From the NCBI GenBank assembly GCA_003133225.1, contig PKWL01000023.1, forward strand, positions 6,531 to 70,530: a stretch of DNA of 64,000 nt. The letters run 5' to 3'. The notes below the pieces were generated by a model. That model did not search any database. It was given only the letters and a program-made list of their open reading frames with translations, and was not told where the DNA came from. Made by a program: the position numbers and the translations under genes. Source of the DNA: Janthinobacterium sp. Its GTDB lineage: Bacteria; Pseudomonadota; Gammaproteobacteria; Burkholderiales; Burkholderiaceae_D. Below are positions 19,374 to 29,804 of this stretch, in pieces; the stretch's first letter is position 1, and each line of letters begins with the position of its first letter.

Positions 19374-20543
19374 TTAAGCGTGACCGGCGGCAGCTGCAAC
19401 AGCACTCTTGGCTGCATCTTCCATGGTATCGGCCGCGATGATAGGCAAACCGGATTCGGCCAGCATTTTCTTGCCCATATCTTCGTTGGTGCCCTTCATG
19501 CGCACCACCAGAGGCACTTTCAGGGACACCGCTTTGGATGCCGCGATCACGCCTTCAGCGATCACGTCACAGCGCATGATGCCGCCGAAAATGTTGACCA
19601 GGATGGCTTTCAGGCCTGGATTTTTCAACATGATCTTGAATGCTTCCGTCACTTTTTCCGCGGTCGCACCGCCACCAACGTCAAGGAAGTTGGCGGGCTC
19701 GCCGCCGAACAGCTTGATGGTATCCATGGTGGCCATAGCCAGGCCGGCGCCATTCACCAGGCACCCGATGTTGCCATCGAGCGAAATGTAGGCGAGGTCA
19801 AATTTTGACGCTTCGACTTCAGCCGGGTCTTCTTCCGCCAGATCGCGGTAAGCGACAATCTCCGGCTGGCGGTACAGGGCATTGGCGTCGAAATTAAATT
19901 TTGCATCGAGCGCGATGACCTTGCCGGCGCCGGTCAGGATCAAGGGATTGATTTCGGCCAGCGAGGCGTCCGTTTCCCAAAAGGCTTTGTAGAGACCTTG
20001 CAGCTGGACGCGCGCATCGGCGAGCGAGGTGGCGGGGATGCCGATCTTAGTCGAGATCGAATCGGCCTCGGCGTCAGTTAGGCCGAGCGCCGGGTCGATG
20101 GCAATCTGATGGATCAGTTCAGGATGGTGTTCCGCCACTTCTTCGATGTCCATGCCGCCTTCGGAGGACGCCATCAGAACCACGCGCTGGCTGATACGGT
20201 CGGTGACCATCGATACGTACAGTTCCTTCTTGATATCGGCACCTTCCTCGACTAGGAGGCGACAGACTTTCTGGCCTTCGGGTCCCGTTTGGTGGGTGAC
20301 CAATTGCATCCCCATGATTTGCTCGGCATATTGCTTTACCTGTTCCAAGGTCTTCGCAACTTTTACGCCGCCGCCCTTGCCGCGCCCGCCGGCATGGATT
20401 TGCGCCTTGACAACCCACACGGGGCCGCCCAGAGTCTCTGCCGCTTTCACTGCTTCTTGAACGGACATGCACGGGATACCGCGCGGAACCGTCACCCCGT
20501 ATTTGCGGAGGATTTCTTTGCCTTGATACTCATGGATTTTCAT
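19374..20543 (-). CDS. sucC: Succinyl-CoA synthetase beta subunit
   Basis: [57 protein letters not shown]. Confidence 0.98.
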   Translation of the reverse strand: MKIHEYQGKEILRKYGVTVPRGIPCMSVQEAVKAAETLGGPVWVVKAQIHAGGRGKGGGVKVAKTLEQVKQYAEQIMGMQLVTHQTGPEGQKVCRLLVEEGADIKKELYVSMVTDRISQRVVLMASSEGGMDIEEVAEHHPELIHQIAIDPALGLTDAEADSISTKIGIPATSLADARVQLQGLYKAFWETDASLAEINPLILTGAGKVIALDAKFNFDANALYRQPEIVAYRDLAEEDPAEVEASKFDLAYISLDGNIGCLVNGAGLAMATMDTIKLFGGEPANFLDVGGGATAEKVTEAFKIMLKNPGLKAILVNIFGGIMRCDVIAEGVIAASKAVSLKVPLVVRMKGTNEDMGKKMLAESGLPIIAADTMEDAAKSAVAAAAGHA

Positions 20544-20614
20544 GCTGGCTTCCTTCTGATGCTTATATGTAAAAAAACAGTGGATACTGCGAAAAAAACA
20601 GGTGATACGAAGCG

Positions 20615-21178
20615 CTAGCCGGGGGCCACTTTAGCCACCCAGCGAGGATAATATAAAGCGACGGCCGCGCCGTCCGCGCGCAGAGCATAGCATTGGTTGA
20701 TTTCGAACGGCCTTTCCGCGCCGGCCTCGGCGCTGTCGCAGGTCGGAATCACATCGCCGGCAAAGGCTTGAATCGCCGCCGTCGGCAGCACTTGCGCCAG
20801 TTCAGTCAAATGGGTGCAGCCCAAAATTCCCGACAAACGCTGTTTCAATTCAAAGCGAAAGCCTTTCAGCAAATTGAGGCCGATCAGCGCCTTGTAGGCC
20901 GGTCCGATGGTATCGCAAAAACCGGGATACGGCACCGCATCGGACACCGCCTCGGCGTCGAGGACGAACAGCTGGCGATCGATGGTCAAGCGTAAATAAA
21001 GGTCATGCATAGGCAAGCCGGCGCGCCGCGCGCCGGAAGCGAGCGACGCGTCGTGCGTCTTGACGTCGCTGATATGGGCGTCGATATCCCACAAGCCGTC
21101 GTCACGAGCGAACGCTTGGATTTCGATTGCGCGAGTGTGTCTTAACGCACGTCGGGGCACAGATGGTGACAGGGGCAT
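20615..21178 (-). CDS. DUF2889-domain protein
   Basis: HTRAI...[11 protein letters not shown]...MHDL.LRLTID...VPYPG.C...GCTHLTEL...C pattern. Start at ATG 21178 is inferred. Confidence 0.85.
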   Translation of the reverse strand: MPLSPSVPRRALRHTRAIEIQAFARDDGLWDIDAHISDVKTHDASLASGARRAGLPMHDLYLRLTIDRQLFVLDAEAVSDAVPYPGFCDTIGPAYKALIGLNLLKGFRFELKQRLSGILGCTHLTELAQVLPTAAIQAFAGDVIPTCDSAEAGAERPFEINQCYALRADGAAVALYYPRWVAKVAPG

Positions 21179-21300
21179 AAAGACCGATACCGCAACGGCG
21201 GCAGTAATTAGTGAAACAGCCATGTGCTTTACGCACGTTGCCGCAGCTTTTAGCACAACAGCCGCTCATGCGGTGCTGCAAAAAATCCAAAAGTGTAGCA

Positions 21301-21327
21301 CAGCACAGCGCAAGTTGCGCTGTGCTG
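21301..21327 (-). terminator. Strong hairpin downstream of recA-recX
   Basis: CAGCACAGCGCAA-G-TTGCGCTGTGCTG, 13-bp perfect inverted repeat. Confidence 0.6.
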
Positions 21328-21474
21328 CGGCTTCACCGATGGGAAAACAGGTCAATGCAAGGTTAAGAGGACGTTCCGATTTCCTGGGGCCGGAAGGCGC
21401 AATGGGCAACGCCAACATGAAAAGGCTGCATCATCGGCGCCATCGGCACGGCCAGTGTCGCCCGAGCCCGTCAC

Positions 21475-21927
21475 CTATTCGTTCGCGGTCGCGCCCTTGA
21501 GCGCCACTTGAATGGCGCGCGGCGAAAAGCCGCGCTGCATCAAAAAGCGGATTTGCTTGGCGCGCTCCTTGGCGTCGGGGGCGACGCTGCCGAACTTGCG
21601 GCGCCACACTTCACAGGCTCGAGCCGTCTCGTTTTGCGTCAATCCCGCCTCGAGTTCGCGCAAGGCCGCGCCGCCCATACCGTGACTTTGCAGCTCTGCC
21701 ACAATGCGGCTGTTGCCGAAACGATGGGCGCGGCGGCGGATCAACGCTGCCGTAAAGCGCTCTTGCGACAAATAGCCGTCCTCTTCCAAGGCGTCGAGCA
21801 CGGCCTTTATATCGTCACTGTCTGGTGCATGACGGGCAAGCTTACGCTCCAGCTCGAGCCGGCTATGTTCCCGCATCGACAAAAAACGGAGGGCGCGGCC
21901 CCTCAAACTGATTTGCAACGCTGCCAT
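21475..21927 (-). CDS. recX: Recombination regulator RecX
   Basis: [41 protein letters not shown]; directly downstream of recA. Confidence 0.93.
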   Translation of the reverse strand: MAALQISLRGRALRFLSMREHSRLELERKLARHAPDSDDIKAVLDALEEDGYLSQERFTAALIRRRAHRFGNSRIVAELQSHGMGGAALRELEAGLTQNETARACEVWRRKFGSVAPDAKERAKQIRFLMQRGFSPRAIQVALKGATANE

Positions 21928-21967
21928 AAAACAACCCCCGAGCGACCCGCCGCGCGGGCCACCTTGC

Positions 21968-23053
21968 TTACTCTACTGCCTTGAGTTTGGCTGTCGGCTC
22001 AGCCTTGTCGACCTTGTCTGCCGGCGCCGGCGGCAGTTCACGCACCCCCAGCGACACCCGCACCTTGTTTTCGATCTCGCGCGCCAATGCCGGACGCTCC
22101 TTTAGAAAGGTGCGCGCATTGTCCTTGCCCTGGCCGATGCGCTCGCCGTTGTAACTATACCAGGACCCTGACTTCTCGACGATCTTTGCATCTGAACCCA
22201 GATCGAGGATCTCGCCTTCGCGCGACGTTCCTTCGCCATACAAAATATCGAAATGCGCCTCCCGAAATGGCGGCGCGATCTTGTTCTTGACCACCTTGAC
22301 CTTGGTTTCATTACCGATGACTTCGTCACCTGACTTGATCGAACCGGTGCGGCGGATATCCAAGCGCACCGAGGCGTAAAATTTCAATGCATTACCGCCC
22401 GTGGTCGTCTCCGGACTGCCAAACATGACGCCGATCTTCATACGGATCTGGTTGATGAAGATGACCAGGGTATTGGTGCGGTTGATCGAGCCAGTTAGCT
22501 TGCGCAGCGCTTGCGACATCAGACGGGCTTGCAAACCAGGCAGGGAATCGCCCATGTCGCCTTCGATTTCGGCGCGCGGCGTCAGCGCCGCGACCGAATC
22601 GATGACCACCATGTCGACGCTGCCAGAACGTACCAGGGCGTCGCAAATTTCCAGCGCCTGCTCGCCCGTATCGGGCTGCGAGATCAGCAGCTCGTGTAAA
22701 TTGATGCCGAGTTTTTTCGCGTAACCGACGTCGAGCGCGTGCTCGGCATCGATAAAGGCGCAGGTGCCGCCCAATTTTTGCATTTCCGCTATGGTTTGCA
22801 AGGTCAAGGTCGTCTTGCCGGACGATTCAGGCCCGTAGATTTCCACCACCCGTCCGCGCGGCAAGCCGCCCACGCCCAGCGCAATGTCGAGGCCGAGCGA
22901 ACCAGTGGAGACCACCTGCACCTCCTCGATTGGGGTGCTGGCATCCATCCGCATGACGGAGCCCTTGCCAAACTGCTTTTCAATTTGCGCCAATGCGGCG
23001 GCCAGTGCCTTGGCCTTCTCCGAAACGGTTGCTACAGGTTTTTTATCGTCCAT
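21968..23053 (-). CDS. recA: Recombinase A
   Basis: [45 protein letters not shown]. Confidence 0.99.
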   Translation of the reverse strand: MDDKKPVATVSEKAKALAAALAQIEKQFGKGSVMRMDASTPIEEVQVVSTGSLGLDIALGVGGLPRGRVVEIYGPESSGKTTLTLQTIAEMQKLGGTCAFIDAEHALDVGYAKKLGINLHELLISQPDTGEQALEICDALVRSGSVDMVVIDSVAALTPRAEIEGDMGDSLPGLQARLMSQALRKLTGSINRTNTLVIFINQIRMKIGVMFGSPETTTGGNALKFYASVRLDIRRTGSIKSGDEVIGNETKVKVVKNKIAPPFREAHFDILYGEGTSREGEILDLGSDAKIVEKSGSWYSYNGERIGQGKDNARTFLKERPALAREIENKVRVSLGVRELPPAPADKVDKAEPTAKLKAVE

Positions 23054-23104
23054 AATGTTCTTTCAGCCTGGATTAGCGTGGGGTTAAATTCGGTACAAGC
23101 GATA

Positions 23105-23120
23105 CTGTATAAAAAAACAG
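23105..23120. promoter_or_regulatory. LexA (SOS) box upstream of recA
   Basis: CTGTATAAAAAAACAG matches CTGT-N8-ACAG, about 50 bp upstream of the recA start. Confidence 0.9.
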
Positions 23121-23246
23121 TGCTTATTGCAAGCACGATCTGAATTTGCTTCAAAACTGATCAATCGGCCACCCGCAGAGCGACAAAGCCTCGCCATGCT
23201 AGACGAAATGAAACACAATACGAATTTCTGACGTTGGACAACTCTC

Positions 23247-23975
23247 ATGCGTATTTTACTTGCGGAAGATGACGCTGTGCTTGCCGATGGACTGACGCGT
23301 TCGCTTCGCCAGTCCGGCTACGCCATCGATTGCGTCAAAAACGGCCAAGAGGCCGACACCGCACTATCGACCCAGGAATTCGATTTGCTGATCCTCGACC
23401 TGGGCCTGCCCAAGATGTCGGGGCTAGAAGTGCTACGCCGCCTGCGCGCGCGCGCCTCGCTGCTGCCCGTGTTGATTCTAACGGCGGCTGATTCCATCGA
23501 GCAACGGGTCAACGGCCTCGACCTGGGCGCAGACGACTATATGGCCAAACCGTTTGCGCTATCTGAGCTAGAAGCGCGCGTGCGCGCCCTGACCCGCCGC
23601 GGCGCCGGCGGCGGACCGACCGTCATCCAACACGGACCGCTGACCTATGACCAGGTCGGCCGCAGCGCTTATATTAATGAACAGATGTTGGATTTGTCGG
23701 CGCGCGAACTAGGTTTATTAGAGATTTTACTGACCCGCAGTGGGCGTCTGGTATCGAAAGAGCAACTCGTCGACCATTTGTGCGAATGGGGCGAGGAGGT
23801 GAGCAATAATGCGATCGAAGTGTATGTGCACCGCCTGCGCAAGAAAATCGAGTTCGGTGGCGTGCGCATCGCCACCGTGCGCGGCCTCGGGTATTGCCTG
23901 GAGAAATATTCCGATGCCGCCCGCAGCAGCGCGCGGGACGAAGCGGTGCCCGCCAGAAAAGCTGAGCTCAAGTGA
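23247..23975 (+). CDS. OmpR-family response regulator (TctD-like)
   Basis: MRILLAEDD, ILDLGLP, LILTA, ADDYMAKPF, winged helix NAIEVYVHRLRKK, TVRGLGY. Confidence 0.93.
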   Translation: MRILLAEDDAVLADGLTRSLRQSGYAIDCVKNGQEADTALSTQEFDLLILDLGLPKMSGLEVLRRLRARASLLPVLILTAADSIEQRVNGLDLGADDYMAKPFALSELEARVRALTRRGAGGGPTVIQHGPLTYDQVGRSAYINEQMLDLSARELGLLEILLTRSGRLVSKEQLVDHLCEWGEEVSNNAIEVYVHRLRKKIEFGGVRIATVRGLGYCLEKYSDAARSSARDEAVPARKAELK

Positions 23976-25492
23976 AGGATCGCCGTCCTGGCCCCCATGA
24001 CCAGGCCGACAGCGTGGCCAATTGGTTCGAGCCGGCGGCCGTCGAGCCGGATGAAAAGATCCAACATTCGCTGTTTGGCGAAATCTTGGACTGGATGCTG
24101 GCGCCCTTGCTGCTGCTATGGCCGATGAGCATCGCGATCACGTATTTGGTCGCCAAGTCCATCGCCAACCAGCCTTTCGACCATACCTTGGAAGATAGCG
24201 TGACCGTGCTCACGCAACAGGTCAAGGAAGTCGATGGCAAGCTGGTCAAACGCCTGCCGGGCTCGGCGCGCGACATTTTGCGCTCCGATGACGTCGATAG
24301 CGTCTATTTTCAAATCCTGGGTCAAAGTGGCAACTACATCGACGGCGACCGCGATTTGCCGCTGCCACCCGATGAAGGCCAATACCGCGCCGGCATCGTG
24401 AACTTTCGCAACGATAACTTGCATGGCACACCGATCCGGGTCGCATTTTCTTACGTTATCCTAGCGGAAGCGAACGGCGACCAACCGCGGCGCGCCTTGG
24501 TGCAGGTGGCCGAGACCTTGGACAAGCGGGCCCAGCTTGCCAACGAAATCATCAAGGGCGTGATCCTTCCCCAGTTCATCATTTTGCCTATCGTGTTGGC
24601 GCTGGTTTGGTTTGCGTTGGCGCGCGGCTTGTCCCCGCTCGCGCAGCTGCAAGAACGCATCCGGGCCCGTCCCTCGGACGACCTTAGCCCCATCGATTCG
24701 GGCCAGGTGCCGGAGGAAATTTCGCCGCTGGTGCGCTCGCTCAACGACATGCTGGCGCGCCTGTCGCTGTCAATCGAGATGCAAAAGCGCTTTATCGCCG
24801 ACGCCGCCCACCAAATGAAAACGCCTTTGGCCGGCATGCGCATGCAATCTGAACTGGCGCTGCGCCAGACCGACCAGGACGAAATTCACCGTTCCCTGGA
24901 ACAGCTGGCCAAAAGCTCGGAAGCGGCGACGCGGCTTGTGAATCAGTTGCTGAGCCTGGCAAGGGCCGAAAATCAGCCGCAAACGGGCAGCCAGTTCGTG
25001 CTGCTAGACCTGTCTGAACTGGCGCGCGGCGGGGTCCAAGACTGGGTGCAGGCGTCTTTCGTCCATCGGATCGATCTTGGCTTCGAGCAGCCGATTGATC
25101 CCGTGATCATTTCTGGCAACCCCATGATGCTGCGCGAATTACTGTCGAACCTGATCGACAACGCCTTGCGTTATGCGCCGCCTGGAGGCAGTGTGACGGT
25201 ACGGGTTAGGGCCGCCGCTGAACACGCTATCGTGGAGGTTGAGGACACCGGACCGGGCATTCCTCAGGGGGAGCGATTGCACATATTCGAGCGCTTTTAC
25301 CGAATTTTGGGCAGCAATACTGAAGGCAGCGGTCTCGGTCTAGCCATCGTGCGCGAAATCGCGCAGCAACACGGAGCCGAAGTGGACGTGTTGAATAACC
25401 CGCGCTGCGCGCATCCCAAATTGCCAGGCAGCTTGTTCCGCCTGACCTTCCCCTTGCAAACGGGCGCCGCCCTAGACAAAAATGAACGATGA
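23972..25492 (+). CDS. Sensor histidine kinase (TctE-like, 2CSK_N-HAMP-HisKA-HATPase)
   Basis: Two TM segments, H box FIADAAHQMKTPL, N box NLIDNALRY, DTGPGI, GSGLGLAIV. Confidence 0.93.
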   Translation: MKDRRPGPHDQADSVANWFEPAAVEPDEKIQHSLFGEILDWMLAPLLLLWPMSIAITYLVAKSIANQPFDHTLEDSVTVLTQQVKEVDGKLVKRLPGSARDILRSDDVDSVYFQILGQSGNYIDGDRDLPLPPDEGQYRAGIVNFRNDNLHGTPIRVAFSYVILAEANGDQPRRALVQVAETLDKRAQLANEIIKGVILPQFIILPIVLALVWFALARGLSPLAQLQERIRARPSDDLSPIDSGQVPEEISPLVRSLNDMLARLSLSIEMQKRFIADAAHQMKTPLAGMRMQSELALRQTDQDEIHRSLEQLAKSSEAATRLVNQLLSLARAENQPQTGSQFVLLDLSELARGGVQDWVQASFVHRIDLGFEQPIDPVIISGNPMMLRELLSNLIDNALRYAPPGGSVTVRVRAAAEHAIVEVEDTGPGIPQGERLHIFERFYRILGSNTEGSGLGLAIVREIAQQHGAEVDVLNNPRCAHPKLPGSLFRLTFPLQTGAALDKNER

Positions 25493-25498
25493 CTCGAT

Positions 25499-25777
25499 AT
25501 GATTGAGGTGGGGAGCGCAAGCGCCGCCGCCAAGCGCGCCATGCACTGGCAAAAAACCCGAAAATTGACGGCAATTTTGCTATTAATTTGGCTTTTCAGC
25601 AGTTTTTTCGCAGTGTTTTTTGCCCGTGAATTGTACGTCTTCAGCTTGTTCGGATGGCCATTGTCGTTTTATCTGGCGGCCCAGGGATCCTTACTCGTGT
25701 ATCTGGCCATCATTGGAATTTACGCGTGGCGCATGCGCCGGCTCGACCGCAAATACCGGGACGGGAACGCCGCGTGA
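25499..25777 (+). CDS. DUF4212 small membrane subunit of a solute:sodium symporter
   Basis: HWQKTRKLT..LL.IW...FGWPLSFYLAAQGS; stop overlaps the symporter start. Confidence 0.88.
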   Translation: MIEVGSASAAAKRAMHWQKTRKLTAILLLIWLFSSFFAVFFARELYVFSLFGWPLSFYLAAQGSLLVYLAIIGIYAWRMRRLDRKYRDGNAA

Positions 25778-27822
25778 ATGCAACCCGCTCCTTTTTCCGA
25801 CGTCTGAGCCGCTATTACCTCTTGTTTGCCGCCGGCTTTGTCGCTTTCCTAATAGCGCTAGCCGTGCTGGAAAAAGAAGGCATGCCGCGCGTCTGGATCG
25901 GCCATCTGTTCATGTTTGCCACGATCGTATTGTATGCGGGCATCGGGGTCATCAGCCGCACGTCAAATGTATCGGAATACTATGTGGCGGGGCGGCGCGT
26001 GCCGGCCATGTTCAACGGCATGGCGACGGCGGCGGACTGGATCTCGGCGGCCAGTTTCATCAGCTTGGCCGGCGGCCTGTATTTGCACGGCTTCGATGGC
26101 TTGGCGTACATCATGGGCTGGACCGGCGGTTATTGCCTGGTGGCATTATTGATCGCGCCTTATTTGCGTAAGTTTGGCCAATATACGATCCCCGACTTTC
26201 TGGCGGCCCGCTACCGCGGCGGCGTTGGCGGCAGGGGCGGACCAGTGCGCTTGATGGCAGTTTGCGCCACCATATTCGTCTCATTTACCTATGTCGTGGC
26301 GCAGATTTATGCGGTCGGCCTGATCGCCTCCCGTTTTACCGGCGTCGATTTCTCTGTCGGCATTTTCCTTGGCCTGGCCAGCGTTCTAGTGTGCTCATTC
26401 TTGGGCGGCATGCGCGCAATTACCTGGACTCAAGTAGCGCAATACATCATCATCGTCGTCGCATTCCTGATTCCCGCCATTTGGCTATCGGTCAAGTACA
26501 GCGGCAATCCGGTGCCTCAAATCGCCTATGGCAAGATCTTGTCGCAACTCAGTGCGCGCGAAAAAATAATTGAATCCGATCCCAAAGAACAGCAGGTGCG
26601 CGCCATCTTCCGTCAGCGCGCGAACGATTATGGCGATCACCTGAACCGGTTGCCGGCCTCGTGGGAGGCCGGCCGCCTCGATGCCCAACACCGGCTCGAC
26701 CAGGCCAGGCTGCGTAATGCTTCCCTGTTTGACATCCGCAATGCGGAGCGTACTCTGATCGCCTACCCCAAAAGCGCCGAGGACGCCGCGCGCCTATGGA
26801 CGGATGCGCGCGCCATGAATCTGGCCCGGGCCGAACCGATCACGCCGCATGCCATCCCGTTTCCGGCGCCAGACCGAGCCCAGTCCGACATCCAGCGCAA
26901 TAATTTTCTCGCGCTGGCATTTTGCCTGATGTTGGGCACCGCCGCCCTGCCCCATATCCTCATGCGCTCGTATACAACACCGTCCGTGCACGAGGCGCGG
27001 GTATCCGTATTTTGGACCTTGTTTTTCATCTTGCTGATCTATCTGACCATACCCGCCTTGGCCGTGCTGGTGAAATATGACATCTACACGGCGCTCGTCG
27101 GCAGCGACTTTGCCCACTTGCCCACTTGGGTTTCGTACTGGGCCAATGTGGATAAACTCAATCCCTTAATTAGCATCGTCGACACCAACCACGACGGCAT
27201 CGTGCAACTAGCCGAGATCGCCATCGACGGCGACGTGCTGGTGCTCGCCACCCCGGAGATATCGGGCTTGCCCTATGTGATTTCCGGCCTGGTCGCCGCC
27301 GGCGGGCTGGCGGCCGCCCTGTCCACGGCCGACGGCCTGCTGCTGGCTATTTCCAACGCCCTGTCGCACGACGTTTATTACAAGATCGTCGACCCGGCCG
27401 CCTCGACCCAAAAACGGGTCACCATTTCCAAATTGCTGTTGCTGGTGGTGGCCTTTCTCGCCGCCTATACTGCGTCACAAAAACCGGCCGACATCTTGTC
27501 CCTGGTGGGCGCCGCGTTTTCGTTGGCTGCCTCGATCTTGTTTCCCGCCTTGGTGCTGGGGGTGTTCTGGAAGCGCGCCAACCACAGCGGCGCCATCGCA
27601 GGAATGTCAGCCGGGTTTCTCGTTTGCGTCTATTACATGGTGCGCAGCAACCCCATCCTCGGGGGCGATGCGGCCAGTCAGTGGTTTCACATTGCGCCGA
27701 TTTCGGCCGGCATCTTCGGTGTGCCGGCCGGGCTGATGGTGATGTTGGTGGTGAGCTGGCTTACGCCGGCACCGGATCGCCACACGCTCGCTTTGGTCGA
27801 TTACATACGCGCCCCGGAATAA
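25774..27822 (+). CDS. Sodium:solute symporter (ActP/VC_2705-like)
   Basis: YYVAGRRVP..FNGMATAADWISAASF, GQYTIPDFL..RY, GGMRAITWTQVAQY, GTAALPHILMR, AAALSTADGLL. GTG start overlaps the DUF4212 stop. Confidence 0.93.
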   Translation: MNATRSFFRRLSRYYLLFAAGFVAFLIALAVLEKEGMPRVWIGHLFMFATIVLYAGIGVISRTSNVSEYYVAGRRVPAMFNGMATAADWISAASFISLAGGLYLHGFDGLAYIMGWTGGYCLVALLIAPYLRKFGQYTIPDFLAARYRGGVGGRGGPVRLMAVCATIFVSFTYVVAQIYAVGLIASRFTGVDFSVGIFLGLASVLVCSFLGGMRAITWTQVAQYIIIVVAFLIPAIWLSVKYSGNPVPQIAYGKILSQLSAREKIIESDPKEQQVRAIFRQRANDYGDHLNRLPASWEAGRLDAQHRLDQARLRNASLFDIRNAERTLIAYPKSAEDAARLWTDARAMNLARAEPITPHAIPFPAPDRAQSDIQRNNFLALAFCLMLGTAALPHILMRSYTTPSVHEARVSVFWTLFFILLIYLTIPALAVLVKYDIYTALVGSDFAHLPTWVSYWANVDKLNPLISIVDTNHDGIVQLAEIAIDGDVLVLATPEISGLPYVISGLVAAGGLAAALSTADGLLLAISNALSHDVYYKIVDPAASTQKRVTISKLLLLVVAFLAAYTASQKPADILSLVGAAFSLAASILFPALVLGVFWKRANHSGAIAGMSAGFLVCVYYMVRSNPILGGDAASQWFHIAPISAGIFGVPAGLMVMLVVSWLTPAPDRHTLALVDYIRAPE

Positions 27823-27855
27823 ACTCAAACATGGTTAGGGCGGCATGCGCGGCCG

Positions 27856-28197
27856 TCAAGCAGCTAGCGCCGTTTTTTGTTCGCTTTCTTTGCGAGAATC
27901 TCCCCTCTGCGCCCGCGAATAAATGCTGAAATTAGGCATCGATAGGCTGATCAGAATGGCCCTGGAACTTCGGTTTTCGGGCCGGCAAGGGAAATGGAAC
28001 CGAGCCCGCGCCGATCCGCTTTTCGTTGCGATAGCGCAGACAGCGATCGCCTCGAAACGCACAAACTGATGCACATGATCCTCGTCCGTCGCCAGGGCAT
28101 GAAATCGCCATGCGCCACTGCAGCGCCGTTCCAATGTCTTGTGCGAGCAGGTCGCCCAAAAAGGAGGCCTTTGCCGCAACGCCGCCTGACTCGCCAA
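27856..28197 (-). mobile_element. Possible degenerate IS200/IS605 (HUH Y1) transposase fragment
   Basis: LATDEDHVHQFV...KSGSARARFHFP resembles the TnpA pattern D.DHVH.(F/L)V...KG.SAR....FP. No catalytic Tyr region or end hairpins recognised. Confidence 0.25.
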
Positions 28198-28516
28198 AAT
28201 CCGGCGCTGAAAATTCCCATCCTTTCATACGGGGATGATGTCAAAGCCATATAATCTGTCGGTCGCGTTGAGGCGGCGGTGGAACGGGCTGCATGCGATT
28301 TTTAAATCCGGCTTGCACATGATGGACAGTAGCGACGATGAGCTCCGGCGCACCGACCGTCGTCTTGATACGGGCGGGGAACGAGGGGCAGCGGATCGGC
28401 CAGGAGAGCGGCAAACTGGCACCGACGGCGCCCGATGGGCCTATTGAAACGCCCCGATGGAAACCTCGGGGGCCATCGGCTAGCAATGGTTGCATTTTCT
28501 AATTGAGGAGTCAAGC

Positions 28517-29740
28517 ATGGGATCGGGCATCATTCTGGTAGCGCAAGGCGGCGGGCCGACCGCAGTCATCAATCAATCAATCGTCGGGGTGGCGCTGGAA
28601 GCGCGCCGCTTCCAGCAGGTACGGCGGGTCTACGGCGCACGCCACGGCGTGCGCGGCATTGTCGATGAAGACTTTCTCGACCTGACGCAAGAGACCAGCC
28701 AGAACATGGAATTGGTGGCCGCCACGCCATCGTCGGCGCTGGGATCGACGCGCGACAAGCCGGACGTCAAATATTGCCAGGAAATATTCAAGGTCTTACG
28801 CGCCCATCAGATTGAACATTTCTTTTATGTTGGAGGCAATGACTCGTCTGACACGGTACGCATCCTCAGCATGGAAGCGCGCAAGGCCAGTTATCCGCTG
28901 CGCTGCATGCACATCCCGAAGACCATCGACAACGACTTGGTGGGCAATGACCACACGCCCGGTTTTCCATCCGCGGCGCGCTTCGTGGCGCAGGCTTTTG
29001 CCGGTGCCAATCTCGACAATGCGTCGCTTCCAGGCGTGTATGTCGGCGTAGTGATGGGACGCCACGCGGGCTTTTTGACGGCTGCGGCAGCGCTAGGCAA
29101 GAAATTCCATGACGACGGACCGCATCTGATTTACCTGCCGGAACGCATTTTTTCGCTCGATGCGTTTTTGGCCGATGTGAAAGCGGTTCACGAGCGCTAC
29201 GGACGCTGCGTGATCGCCGTGTCCGAGGGTATCCACGATGCGACAGGTGAACCAATCGCGAGCCAACTAGCCAAGAACGTCGAGCGCGATGCCCATGGCA
29301 ACATCCAACTGTCAGGCACCGGAGCTTTAGCCGATTTGCTGTGCAATGAAATCAAGGCCAAGCTGGGCATCAAGCGCGTGCGTGGCGACACCTTTGGCTA
29401 TTTGCAGCGCTCGTTTCTCGGCTGCGTATCCGACGTCGATCAACGCGAAGCGCGGGAAGTGGGCGAAAAAGCCGTGCAATTTGCCATGTGGGGCGAGCGC
29501 GACGGCTCTGTGGCAATCAAGCGTACGGGGATTTATTCGGTCGATTATGAATTACTGACGCTCGATTCCGTGGCTGGCAAGACGCGCGTCATGGATGATG
29601 AATTCATCGCGCCCAGCGGCACCGACGTGACGGACGCGTTCCGCATGTATTTGCGGCCCTTGCTAGGTTCCGGCATGCCCGACACGCATCGCCTGCGCGC
29701 CGGTCCCGTTGCCAAAGTGCTGGGCAGTGCCGCAGCGTAA
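28517..29740 (+). CDS. 6-phosphofructokinase, PPi-dependent type
   Basis: GAGGAG RBS; QGGGPTAVIN, LGSTRDK, GGNDS, PKTIDNDL, MGRHAG, VSEG, GYLQRS. Confidence 0.9.
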   Translation: MGSGIILVAQGGGPTAVINQSIVGVALEARRFQQVRRVYGARHGVRGIVDEDFLDLTQETSQNMELVAATPSSALGSTRDKPDVKYCQEIFKVLRAHQIEHFFYVGGNDSSDTVRILSMEARKASYPLRCMHIPKTIDNDLVGNDHTPGFPSAARFVAQAFAGANLDNASLPGVYVGVVMGRHAGFLTAAAALGKKFHDDGPHLIYLPERIFSLDAFLADVKAVHERYGRCVIAVSEGIHDATGEPIASQLAKNVERDAHGNIQLSGTGALADLLCNEIKAKLGIKRVRGDTFGYLQRSFLGCVSDVDQREAREVGEKAVQFAMWGERDGSVAIKRTGIYSVDYELLTLDSVAGKTRVMDDEFIAPSGTDVTDAFRMYLRPLLGSGMPDTHRLRAGPVAKVLGSAAA

Positions 29741-29804
29741 CGCCAGGCACTGCGCCCGCGTCGGCTCAGGGCGTGCCCCTATATTGGGGTGGCCCTCGGC
29801 TCGC

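Noticed and set aside
20565-20609. Two LexA-like stretches upstream of sucC (AAAAAAACAG..GATAC twice, 21-bp period)
   Set aside because: The first lacks the 5' CTG and the second is CTG-N9-CAG (15 bp, one short), so neither is a valid SOS box. It may be some other operator.
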